Part shown: piece by piece, positions 18,069 to 26,847 of the stretch
Layout: each line of letters starts with the position of its first letter
Position numbering within the stretch: the stretch's first letter is position 1
NCBI GenBank assembly: GCA_048887065.1
Contig: JBHLKC010000002.1
Span: 1-57,060, forward strand
DNA length: 57,060 bases
Source of the DNA: Candidatus Hodarchaeota archaeon
GTDB lineage: Archaea; Asgardarchaeota; Heimdallarchaeia; Hodarchaeales; Hodarchaeaceae
Reading direction: 5' to 3'
Notes under the pieces: generated by a model
What the model was told of the DNA's origin: nothing
The model's input: only the letters and a program-made list of their open reading frames with translations
The model's database searches: none
Translations under genes and position numbers: made by a program

Positions 18069-18821
18069 TTAATAATTATGAATTTTATTATGGGAAAACT
18101 CTTCTCTTATTTCTAATGCTTTCTCAACGTTGTCAGTAATGATTCCATTTACTCTTCTTTTGAATGCTGACTTTAAGAGCTGTTTACTATTAGCTCCGTA
18201 AGGATTTGTTAAAATTCCAAGCTTTCTTGATTTTTCAATGCACTTGTGAGCGTAATATTTGTGAATTGAGCTTAAAATTTTCGGCACGTTTCCATAATAG
18301 GGATGTATTGCATCACATCTTAATCGATGAGCTTTTTTCAGTTTTCCCCTAGCAAATTCGAATAGCAGTCCCGTTGGAATCTCAAAATCAAATTCTTTTA
18401 TTTTTGCTAATTGAGAAGAGTGAAAAGAAGACACAATAATATTATTTGGATCTTTTATAAGGTTAAATTGGTTTATAATATCAACTAATTCTTTCACACC
18501 ATTCTTTTTTGTCTTTAGTTCGATATTCAACGTCGTTTTGTTGCCAAAATTTTCTAGTATTTCCTCCAAAGAAGGAATGTAAACACCTTCAGATAATTCT
18601 ATTGATTTTAATTCGTTTAAGGGGATATTTTTAATGAAATCAGACCGACCTAACTTTGATAATGAATCATCGTGGTAACAAACAAATTTCCTATCTGCTG
18701 TAAGGTGAACATCAAATTCTAGCCCATCAGCTCCGAAATGGATCGCTGTTTGAAATGCTGGCAAGCTATTTTCAGGATCTCCGTTTACTAAATATCCTCG
18801 ATGAGCAAGAATTAAAGTCAT
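18069..18821 (-). CDS. Glycerophosphodiester phosphodiesterase
   Basis: ILAHRGY...ENSLPAFQTAIHFGADGLEFDVHLTADRKFVCYHDD is the GDPD signature. Confidence 0.8.
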   Translation of the reverse strand: MTLILAHRGYLVNGDPENSLPAFQTAIHFGADGLEFDVHLTADRKFVCYHDDSLSKLGRSDFIKNIPLNELKSIELSEGVYIPSLEEILENFGNKTTLNIELKTKKNGVKELVDIINQFNLIKDPNNIIVSSFHSSQLAKIKEFDFEIPTGLLFEFARGKLKKAHRLRCDAIHPYYGNVPKILSSIHKYYAHKCIEKSRKLGILTNPYGANSKQLLKSAFKRRVNGIITDNVEKALEIREEFSHNKIHNY

Positions 18822-18898
18822 ATTAGCAGACCATTTAATATCAAAATAATATTAATAAGATAACTCTCTGAATTATAAGAAAGAATTTCAGATCAGTA

Positions 18899-19279
18899 TT
18901 ATTCTTCTCTTAATCCATATTCGGAATCAGCTCGTGGGATTTCAATCTCAAGAGCCTCCAATTCTTTCTTATACCTCTTTGCTAGAGGACGAATCTCATT
19001 TTTCTTATAACGATAAGTAATATCAGCTCTATCACCGGAGAGGCTATCCCAAGGTTCAACTAATACTACATCATTTATAGAGATTCGATATCCACGTCGG
19101 AAACGTCCAGGAATACGCGCAGTGCGTTTTACCTGATCAGTACACAGTACTTCCATTCGACGAGCGCCTAAATTTCGAATAACTACTCCGATAACCTCAT
19201 TCCCAGTAGGGTAGCGTGTCCTTCGTACAATTCCTGTTGGTGGACTGTCGTCCCTTCTTCTTTTATTCTTTTTACTCAT
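18899..19279 (-). CDS. eif1A: Translation initiation factor aIF1A
   Basis: S1-like OB core GNEVIGVVIRNLGARRMEVLCTDQVKRTARIPGRFRRGYRISINDVVLVEPWD. I prefer the start at MSKKNKRRR (ATG 19277-19279) over the track's upstream alternative start at 19330. Confidence 0.85.
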   Translation of the reverse strand: MSKKNKRRRDDSPPTGIVRRTRYPTGNEVIGVVIRNLGARRMEVLCTDQVKRTARIPGRFRRGYRISINDVVLVEPWDSLSGDRADITYRYKKNEIRPLAKRYKKELEALEIEIPRADSEYGLREE

Positions 19280-19636
19280 GATATTTTTCCTCTTTGGGAG
19301 GGAAAACCTGAATAAGATCAGATTAATCAATTAGATACACTTGAACACGGTCAAACTCACGAGGCTGGAAAAGTTCTTAGAGGTAAGAATCCTTATTGCT
19401 TCGAAAAGAAGACAGGACAGCCCAAACGCGAGAAACAATCTTCATGTACCCCTTCCCTTGTTAAACATATGATTTAGAATCATTTGAATTAACTAGGGGC
19501 AGAGAATGACATTCAGATCCGTTAGATAAATGCCGAAAAAACTCCTTCAAATATGTTTGGGAAAAGTCTTCTTGAATACTTAAGGTAAGTCCGAAAATGC
19601 TAAATGTATAATCATTGTTTCCTTTACTGACAGCTG

Positions 19637-20257
19637 ATGGATACCAATAGTTTTAAGCAAAAACCTTTGTTTATTGTTGTCGATGGAGGGGATGGATCTG
19701 GAAAAGATACTCAGGTCAAGCAAATAGCTCGTTATTATTTAGCTAAAGGTTATAAGAATATTCGAATAAGAAGTCATCCTACGAATGATAATCCTTATGG
19801 CCAGAGAGCCAAGATTGCATTAGAAGAAGGGAAGGGATCAAAAGGGTATATTTTGGCAACAGTTTTTTATACACTTGATGTTATTAGAAGTTTAGTAAAA
19901 TATTACCGTCGTAATGTCAATGAAGTCCTGATATTTTCACGTTATCTCCTTGGTGTTTGTTACCTTCCGTCCTCCCTCATTTTTTTTGGTTATTCCTTTT
20001 TCTCAAGAATTTTACCTTCCAGTCGTTATTTTTTCTTTTTAGATGTCTCTCCAGAAATTGCTAAAGAACGAATTTCAGAAAGGGGAGAAAAAATGGAAAT
20101 GTTTGAAAAAATGTCTAGATTGAGGAAAATGAGAAAAAAAATGCAGCTAGTTACGAGTCGAAAAGAATGGTTTTGCATTGATGGTGATGGTTCTCCAAGA
20201 GATGTTTGGCTGCAAATAAAGCATATTTTAATCGCGCTTGATTCACAGACTACTTGA
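19637..20257 (+). CDS. tmk: Thymidylate kinase-family P-loop kinase
   Basis: FIVVDGGDGSGKDTQ P-loop and the FFLDVSPEIAKERISERG block typical of dTMP kinases. The middle of the protein is divergent. Confidence 0.6.
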   Translation: MDTNSFKQKPLFIVVDGGDGSGKDTQVKQIARYYLAKGYKNIRIRSHPTNDNPYGQRAKIALEEGKGSKGYILATVFYTLDVIRSLVKYYRRNVNEVLIFSRYLLGVCYLPSSLIFFGYSFFSRILPSSRYFFFLDVSPEIAKERISERGEKMEMFEKMSRLRKMRKKMQLVTSRKEWFCIDGDGSPRDVWLQIKHILIALDSQTT

Positions 20258-20268
20258 GGTAAAAATCA

Positions 20269-21576
20269 TTGAGAAAAAGGATAAAAAACTCAAGGATCTT
20301 TTTTGGATTATCCTCCTTTCAAATGCTAGCAATGTTTCGACGTGGCCTTTTTTACAGCTATTTATCAATCTATCTACGCTATTTTCTAGAATTAAGTGTT
20401 ACTGAGACCACTCTTTTTGCGACCTTCCCAATGATCCTGAACGTTAGTTTTCAGATGGTTGTTTGGGGTGTTTTATCGGATAAGCTTCAGCTCAGACGAA
20501 CGTTGGTTATCAGTGGAGAAATCTTAGCAGGTATAGGAACATTAATTGTTTTCTTCACGCATAGATTTACCTCTGAAAAAATCCTTGCTGGATGGATAAT
20601 AATTATTGGATTCTCTGTTATAGAAATTTTCTGGAGCATGAGCAACACTGGGTGGACCGCACTTATATCAGATTTATTTCCTTATGAAAAAAGAAATACA
20701 GTTCAAGGGAAGCTATCTAGTGTTGGAGGACTGGGACGGATCTTTGGTGTGTTTATTGGTGGCCTGCTTTATGATGGTTTACAACTTAAATATGAAGGTT
20801 GGGGTTTCTATGAAGGAAGTTTATTTTTCGTAGCCGCTTTGGTTATGTTTATCTCAACTATTCCTTTAATTTTCATTCCTGAAGGAGGTATATATCGCGA
20901 CTTTCATGAAAAGAAAAAGATTTCTCCTCAGCTCACTGAAATTGAATCACCTAATCTGGTATTCATTTTTTTTCTGATAGCAATGATTTTTATCAATTTT
21001 GGCCGTAATTCGATTGCTATTATTTTACCTCAATATTTATTCCTTGATTCAGGATTTGGAGTTTCCAGTGAACTATTAAGCTATATAATTAATACTCAAT
21101 CTGTAGCAATAATTCTCACAGGTCTTGTAGTTGGACAAATAGGGGTTCAATTTGGAAATGGCAACACTTTATTTCTTGGTACAGGAATTTCAATAGCAGC
21201 TCTTTTCATTTTTGCCTTTTCACCCAATATTATGGTAATTTTTCTTGCTAGTTTTCTTCGTGGTGCTTCTGATGTTATTATTTTAGCTTCTGCATACACT
21301 TTTGCCTCTAAGTTAATTTCCGAAGAAAAACGCGCAAGATTATTCGGAATTTATAACGCTACATTTTTTCTATCTTGGGGATTAGCTGGAACATTAATTG
21401 CAGGTCCTATTGTTGATATTCTGCTTGCCAAAGGCATAGAGGAAGTAATGTCATATCAGGCAGCATTCGTTACAGGAGCATTATGTAATTTTATAGGGCT
21501 TATTATATTGGGATTTCTCCTCCTAAAGCTTCATACTTTCAATAGATCTTCTGTAGACAAGTCCCAAGTAATATAA
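20269..21576 (+). CDS. MFS transporter
   Basis: About 12 hydrophobic helices with a central loop, and an LSDKLQLRRT loop 2-3 motif (MFS D-R/K-x-G-R-like). TTG start. Confidence 0.75.
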   Translation: MRKRIKNSRIFFGLSSFQMLAMFRRGLFYSYLSIYLRYFLELSVTETTLFATFPMILNVSFQMVVWGVLSDKLQLRRTLVISGEILAGIGTLIVFFTHRFTSEKILAGWIIIIGFSVIEIFWSMSNTGWTALISDLFPYEKRNTVQGKLSSVGGLGRIFGVFIGGLLYDGLQLKYEGWGFYEGSLFFVAALVMFISTIPLIFIPEGGIYRDFHEKKKISPQLTEIESPNLVFIFFLIAMIFINFGRNSIAIILPQYLFLDSGFGVSSELLSYIINTQSVAIILTGLVVGQIGVQFGNGNTLFLGTGISIAALFIFAFSPNIMVIFLASFLRGASDVIILASAYTFASKLISEEKRARLFGIYNATFFLSWGLAGTLIAGPIVDILLAKGIEEVMSYQAAFVTGALCNFIGLIILGFLLLKLHTFNRSSVDKSQVI

Positions 21577-21706
21577 AGAATGTTAAAATCTGTAAAACGA
21601 TGCCAAAGAATCTCTTCATGAATTTCTGATATATTTTAGTGGACAAAAATGTGTCATCCACATATTCGAAAATTTATTATTCTCCAAATTTAGAAGATCT
21701 GTAAGA

Positions 21707-23032
21707 ATGTCCTCCATCGATATTTCTTTAGCAAATGATCCTTTCCAACGATGCTTTGCTTTCGCTCCTGGCGAGAAAATGCGAATTCAAGTGAAATTTG
21801 AAGACCCTATACCAGAAAGGTATCGTTTACAAATTTTAGATCAGAAGAATAACTCACGTCTAAATCGATATGGAAAGGGATCAAAAGATGGAATAATACT
21901 AGACTGGCCTATTCCTCCAACGATAAAATCAGATCATTTAGGAATCTGGTATGTTAAAATAGAAGACTATCGAAAAGATCAGTTGATATTAGAGTCTTTT
22001 TTTTTTGTTGAGCAACAACAGAGAATCGAAGCACTATTGTTGCCTTCTGGCCCCGCAATTGAGGCTGAAGAGATTTCATCCGCTTACGAAGAAGCAATTA
22101 GAGTCGCAACTGAAACAGAGATTTCTTTACCTGAACATATGAAGGCTGAAAAAGATATTATTAGTCAAATTCCTGTTACAGTTATTAAAGGCCTTGGAAA
22201 AACATACGCTACTAGATTAGAAAAGATTGAAGTCTATACAATTTATCAATTCTTTCATTACTCTGATCGTATTGGACTTGCAGAAATCATGAGGGTGAGC
22301 GATAATAGGCTTGAAAAAATGCTTAACGAGGCTGAGCTACTTGTAAAACAGGAGATATCAAGACCTCGAGTTTCACTAGACGTACAAGTCTCTGCTGGTC
22401 CTATATCTAAAGCTGATTTGTTAGATCTACCTGGTATTGGTATTAAATCCGTTGAAAAACTAGCCAAGTTAGGTATCAATACTAGATCGGATCTTATTGA
22501 CTATAAGGATGTAGAAACACTAAGAAAGACATTAAGAATGTCGCAGACCCGTCTTGTGAAACTTTTTAGTTTGATTGGTAGAACTGTATCAATTCCTGAG
22601 ATTTCTGAAATTAAACCAAAAGATCCTTTCAATCAACCCATCATCAAAGTAAGGGGGATTGGAGCAAAAACTGAAGATTTTTTAAAGTCGAAAGGGATTA
22701 TAACAGTAAAAGATTTACTCGACTCATCATATTCTTCATTTAAAGGGATCACTGGAGAAAAAACTTATATAAAATGGATACAGAACGCAAAAATATATAC
22801 TGGTCAGAAATTAGAACCTGAAAGACTTCACATTAAACCAACCGCCACCTCTACTGATGCTCTGCTAGGGATTCCTGGTATTGGCCCACGATCTGTTGAG
22901 AAACTATCTAAATTAGGGATAATGTCTATATCCGATCTAGTAAACTTTACAGATATGGAGACATTACGAAAAACATTAAGAATGTCTCTTCCTAGACTTC
23001 AAAACCTCTTAGCTTCTTTAGAAAACCAATAG
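21707..23032 (+). CDS. Hypothetical protein: N-terminal beta-rich domain plus four helix-hairpin-helix motifs (DUF4332-like)
   Basis: HhH motifs: IKGLGKTYATRLEK, LPGIGIKSVEKLAKLGI, VRGIGAKTEDFLKSKGI and IPGIGPRSVEKLSKLGI. An internal module of about 55 aa is duplicated. Confidence 0.6.
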   Translation: MSSIDISLANDPFQRCFAFAPGEKMRIQVKFEDPIPERYRLQILDQKNNSRLNRYGKGSKDGIILDWPIPPTIKSDHLGIWYVKIEDYRKDQLILESFFFVEQQQRIEALLLPSGPAIEAEEISSAYEEAIRVATETEISLPEHMKAEKDIISQIPVTVIKGLGKTYATRLEKIEVYTIYQFFHYSDRIGLAEIMRVSDNRLEKMLNEAELLVKQEISRPRVSLDVQVSAGPISKADLLDLPGIGIKSVEKLAKLGINTRSDLIDYKDVETLRKTLRMSQTRLVKLFSLIGRTVSIPEISEIKPKDPFNQPIIKVRGIGAKTEDFLKSKGIITVKDLLDSSYSSFKGITGEKTYIKWIQNAKIYTGQKLEPERLHIKPTATSTDALLGIPGIGPRSVEKLSKLGIMSISDLVNFTDMETLRKTLRMSLPRLQNLLASLENQ

Positions 23033-23246
23033 ACTAGTAAGAAATATCCCTCTGATTTTCATCATATTACTGAGGATAGAAATAATACTTTACTGTTTAA
23101 TGTCGGATTGGTGATCTACTGTTTTAAATAAGTAATCCTTATTTGAATGAGTCTTCTTACTGTTATTTCAATCTTAACAACTTAATGGTACTTTTTTGAA
23201 GTGCCTTAAGTGCGCATAAAAACCAAAGCGCTGGAGTGTTAATATA

Positions 23247-25466
23247 TTGTCAGAGTTATATGAACAGATTGAAAGTAGCGATAAGATTACTCGTGAAAGA
23301 GCTGCAAGGTCTCTTGGAGACGTTAGAACAAAAACTGCACTTCGAGCATTATTAGATACTGCTAAAAATGATCCAGAAAAAGATGTTAGGAAAGCAGCTA
23401 TCGATTCAATTGAAAAGCTTGGCGATCCTGAAGCTATTCCAACCCTAGAACAGATTTCTAATGATGATAGAGATCGGGGTACTCGTAATAAGGCAAAAGA
23501 TGCTGCAAACACCATTCGGATATCAGGATCCCCTCTTCCTGAAGGAGAGGATGTTGGATATTCTGCCGCTGATGCTGAGCGAGCTCGAGCGGACGCACGC
23601 GCGTTAGAGGGGCATGAAGCAGGACAAGCTGGATTGTATGTTAAACTTCAAGAATCCTTGAAATACAGGATTGATCGTGATAACTTCTTGATTGATGAAG
23701 AAGGGACTATAGTTGAGTCCATGCGAGGAACTGGAAGAATCGAAGTAAAAAACACAGGAAATCAGGATCGAATCTGGGCAATTGATGCAACCCTTAAAAA
23801 TGTTGATGAAGTCACCTTCCCTCGTGAAGAAGATCAAGAGATAGCTGTATTCGGCAATTCATTTGCTATAAAGGAACTAAACCCCCAAGCAATTCAGGCT
23901 GTTCCTTTTGAGTTTGAAGTAGGTGTGCCAAAAGTAAAGCTTATTGAAGATTTTTGGGATCTTGAAAAACCCGATTCGCCTCCAATTTTTTCTCGTGGAG
24001 AAACAACAGGAATGCGTTTCACATTAAAATTATCTAATGAAAACAATTTTGCTATAAAGAATGTGATTCTTAAAAAATATCTTGGAGTCTCCACTTCAGT
24101 AAGTAATTTTCAAACAACTCAAGGTGAAATATCTTCAGACTCTGATGAAAAAGGAGATTTAGTTCTATGGAGAATAAACCAAGTTCCTGCTAATGGAGAA
24201 GCTGAAGCGAGTTGTGAAATGAGTGTCATATTATCAGAGGAGACAATTGAACCTTATAGTGTTGGAGACACCATAGTAACGTACCAAGCTTTGGAAACAA
24301 GTCTTTCTGGGTTGAATCTAGAAACAATTACTGGGAGCTCCTCTGTATTCCAGTTTATCTCTCGAGAGGAACAAGAAGAGAGTCCTGGGGACTTTGATTG
24401 TCAATTTGAATTAGAAAACACAAGCGAGTTCGAGATGGATCTCAAAGAGATTCGTATTTTCGAGGGAGAATTATCTGAAGGAAATATCAGATTGGAGTGG
24501 CTTGGAAAGGACTTTCCTGAAGAAGAAAGATCGATTGATCCTGGGGAGACTTTCACACTAGACCCATGGACGATCACCGTTGAAGAAGATGGTGTCATAC
24601 CTCAATTCGGACGAGAATTAGATTTATCTGTCAAGTATTTATTTGATGCAGAAGTTAGTGCTGAATGTGTCCTTCCTGGATATGCCTTACCATTCCTTGG
24701 CATTGAAGCCTCAAAGACTTTTGAACCACTCACAATACCTTCTTACCGTCGTACTGAAATAATGACTGAAAACCTAATCAAAGCTTCTGGAAGCACTGAA
24801 ATCGCGTATCTCCAAGTCCAAGATCAAATACCAGTTGAGTTTGAAGCACCTGAAAAGGATTCTGTTGTAATAAAGAAAAGAGACGAACAATTATTCGATT
24901 TTGAGTTTGAAGTACGTGAGGGGAATTTAATTATAACAATGGAGCATCTAGAAGCTACCTCTATTGGTACTCTTAAACAAGATGAGGAAATGAGTGTTAA
25001 ATATCCATACTACGCGACTGCAACTCCTGATGAGGAATTTATGGGTAATGTAACTATCTTAGCAAACATCTATCCACAAGTTAAACCAGTCACTACTGAA
25101 GCTGAAGCGGGACCGATAAGTGTAATCCATGAACGTAGGAAAATTAAGATCGGAAAAATGGTCAGAAGCACGATGAACGAGGATCTCAATGAATATGAGA
25201 TCACTATCCGAGGGGAGAACGAGGGTACAGCAATAATTAGAAATGTAGAAATCAGTGATTATCTGCCTCCAGGTTTTGAATTAGCCTCAGAAACCGAAGA
25301 AGAACCAGTTGTTGGATATGAGGAGGCCTCTTCGGTTAAGGGAGGTACAGCACTAAGATGGATTTTTACCGAAGTCAAACCTGATCAAAAAGTCCAGATT
25401 AGATTTAAAATTAGAGCTCCAGGCGACCATGACCCGAAAGATGTTTATAAAATGCTCTTAGGGTAA
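23247..25466 (+). CDS. HEAT-repeat (PBS-lyase type) protein with about five tandem beta-sandwich (DUF11/CARDB-like) modules; no signal peptide
   Basis: RERAARSLGDVRTKTALRALLDTAKNDPEKDVRKAAIDSIEKLGDPEAIPTL HEAT-like repeats. The C-terminal module (VEISDYLPPGFEL...VQIRFKIRAPG) is DUF11-like. TTG start. Confidence 0.6.
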   Translation: MSELYEQIESSDKITRERAARSLGDVRTKTALRALLDTAKNDPEKDVRKAAIDSIEKLGDPEAIPTLEQISNDDRDRGTRNKAKDAANTIRISGSPLPEGEDVGYSAADAERARADARALEGHEAGQAGLYVKLQESLKYRIDRDNFLIDEEGTIVESMRGTGRIEVKNTGNQDRIWAIDATLKNVDEVTFPREEDQEIAVFGNSFAIKELNPQAIQAVPFEFEVGVPKVKLIEDFWDLEKPDSPPIFSRGETTGMRFTLKLSNENNFAIKNVILKKYLGVSTSVSNFQTTQGEISSDSDEKGDLVLWRINQVPANGEAEASCEMSVILSEETIEPYSVGDTIVTYQALETSLSGLNLETITGSSSVFQFISREEQEESPGDFDCQFELENTSEFEMDLKEIRIFEGELSEGNIRLEWLGKDFPEEERSIDPGETFTLDPWTITVEEDGVIPQFGRELDLSVKYLFDAEVSAECVLPGYALPFLGIEASKTFEPLTIPSYRRTEIMTENLIKASGSTEIAYLQVQDQIPVEFEAPEKDSVVIKKRDEQLFDFEFEVREGNLIITMEHLEATSIGTLKQDEEMSVKYPYYATATPDEEFMGNVTILANIYPQVKPVTTEAEAGPISVIHERRKIKIGKMVRSTMNEDLNEYEITIRGENEGTAIIRNVEISDYLPPGFELASETEEEPVVGYEEASSVKGGTALRWIFTEVKPDQKVQIRFKIRAPGDHDPKDVYKMLLG

Positions 25467-25470
25467 TTCA

Positions 25471-25494
25471 CTTCTTTCTTTCCTTCTTTTTTTT
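25471..25494 (+). terminator. Pyrimidine/T-rich tract (T8 run at 25487-25494) just after the stop of the HEAT-repeat gene
   Basis: cttctttctttccttctttttttt begins 5 nt after the TAA. Archaeal terminators are oligo-T tracts. Confidence 0.4.
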
Positions 25495-25626
25495 ATTCAG
25501 ATTTGACGGTTTCCCACTCCGACATACTTTTTTAGGATGTTCAATCAGGCTTTTTAAAAACCTGCCAGGCCATAAAATATTTAATGATAGTTTAAAAGAA
25601 ATACATGATTCATTGGAAGGAAAGAT

Positions 25627-26388
25627 TTGAAAAGACTAGTAGTGGACTTTGAAAAGGTTAAATCTCTTTTACTAAGTTCGCAGGATATGAAGGAGTTTAT
25701 TCGTTCAAAAGAGGACGAAGAAGAAGCAATGTTTTTATTTTGGGCATTGGATAATCTTGAAAGGAAAAATAAAGAATTGTCATTAGATGCTAAGAGCCAT
25801 TTGAGAAAAAATTCTGAAATTTTGAGGGAAGCACAAGAATTCATTATAACTGAAGATTTAGCTTCAAGTATTAACAAATTCTCTCATGGATTCATTCTTG
25901 GAGTATTAGAATTTGCTGCAAGGACAAAGGAAGCCCAAATCGAACATTACTCTGAGTACAAAGAATTAGTTAATAAAATTGAAACTATGAAAGAATTAGG
26001 ATTTCCTAGTGAGAAATTTCAAAAGTATTGGGAGGAAACCATAATAGGGATCAAAGAAATACAAGGTTATATGACGTCACGTTCTGATGATCATTTTCCT
26101 GTTCTTACTCGACTGATTAAGACTCAGAAATATAAAAATCCTTCTAAAACACTCAAAATGCTGCGTAAGGGAAGAAGCGATAATGTTGTGTTTCAGATAA
26201 TAGCTTCTGTTCTGCATTCAAATCCAATTTTAGATGAAAGATTAAAGGAACTGTGTATAGAGAAGTCTATTTCTTTAGATCATGTTAAAGATCAGTTGAC
26301 TACGGTCTTACGATTATTAGAAAATGATTCCCAAGATAAAAAAGTACAGGAATACTGCAGATTATTACTTGGGCATAAACAAAAATAG
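25627..26388 (+). CDS. Hypothetical helical protein
   Basis: 253-aa ORF with a TTG start. Charged and helical by composition. No recognisable motif. Confidence 0.5.
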   Translation: MKRLVVDFEKVKSLLLSSQDMKEFIRSKEDEEEAMFLFWALDNLERKNKELSLDAKSHLRKNSEILREAQEFIITEDLASSINKFSHGFILGVLEFAARTKEAQIEHYSEYKELVNKIETMKELGFPSEKFQKYWEETIIGIKEIQGYMTSRSDDHFPVLTRLIKTQKYKNPSKTLKMLRKGRSDNVVFQIIASVLHSNPILDERLKELCIEKSISLDHVKDQLTTVLRLLENDSQDKKVQEYCRLLLGHKQK

Positions 26389-26398
26389 GGGAATACAT

Positions 26399-26842
26399 TT
26401 GAAATTCTATCTATGTGGTGCTATTAGAGGAGGAAGAAGCTTTCAATCAATTTATCAAATCATTCATGAATATCTCGAGAAAAAAGGCCATAAAGTTCTG
26501 GATCATCATATTTCATCTCCGGATGTCATTGAGATAGAAGATAAAATGACTGACAAAGAAATTTATAATCAAGATATTAAATGGTTAAAAGAGTGTGATG
26601 GTGTTATTGCAGAGACCTCATTACCATCATTAGGAGTTGGTTATGAAATTTCATATGCTCTCGATTCTCTGCATAAACCAGTCTTAACCCTGTACAATAA
26701 ATCAAAAACACCGATTTCAGCAATGATTTCAGGAAATACCTCAAAATATTTGACTTTATGCTCATATAGCGATACCTCAGAGCTTCTTAGGCATATTCAA
26801 CAATTTATTGAATATCTCGAAGAAACTCTGAGATTAGAATAA
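26399..26842 (+). CDS. 2'-deoxynucleoside 5'-phosphate N-hydrolase (DNPH1/Rcl-like; nucleoside 2-deoxyribosyltransferase fold)
   Basis: KFYLCGAIRGGRS...CDGVIAETSLPSLGVGYEISYA matches the DNPH1 pattern (YFCGSIRGGR...EVTQPSLGVGYELG). I prefer the TTG at 26399, preceded by GGGG, over the 26324 start, which overlaps the upstream gene. Confidence 0.7.
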   Translation: MKFYLCGAIRGGRSFQSIYQIIHEYLEKKGHKVLDHHISSPDVIEIEDKMTDKEIYNQDIKWLKECDGVIAETSLPSLGVGYEISYALDSLHKPVLTLYNKSKTPISAMISGNTSKYLTLCSYSDTSELLRHIQQFIEYLEETLRLE

Positions 26843-26847
26843 ACAGA

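Noticed and set aside
19280-19636. 357-bp divergent spacer between aIF1A and the tmk-like gene, examined for a tRNA, an ncRNA or a small ORF.
   Set aside because: I found no cloverleaf-compatible GC-rich segment. Only a 22-codon chance ORF is present, and nothing here is supportable.
23174-23515. 113-aa minus-strand ORF overlapping the start of the HEAT-repeat gene.
   Set aside because: Its sequence is Ser/Leu-rich and low-complexity, as expected from the antisense of a charged helical coding region. The plus-strand frame carries clear HEAT-like repeats.
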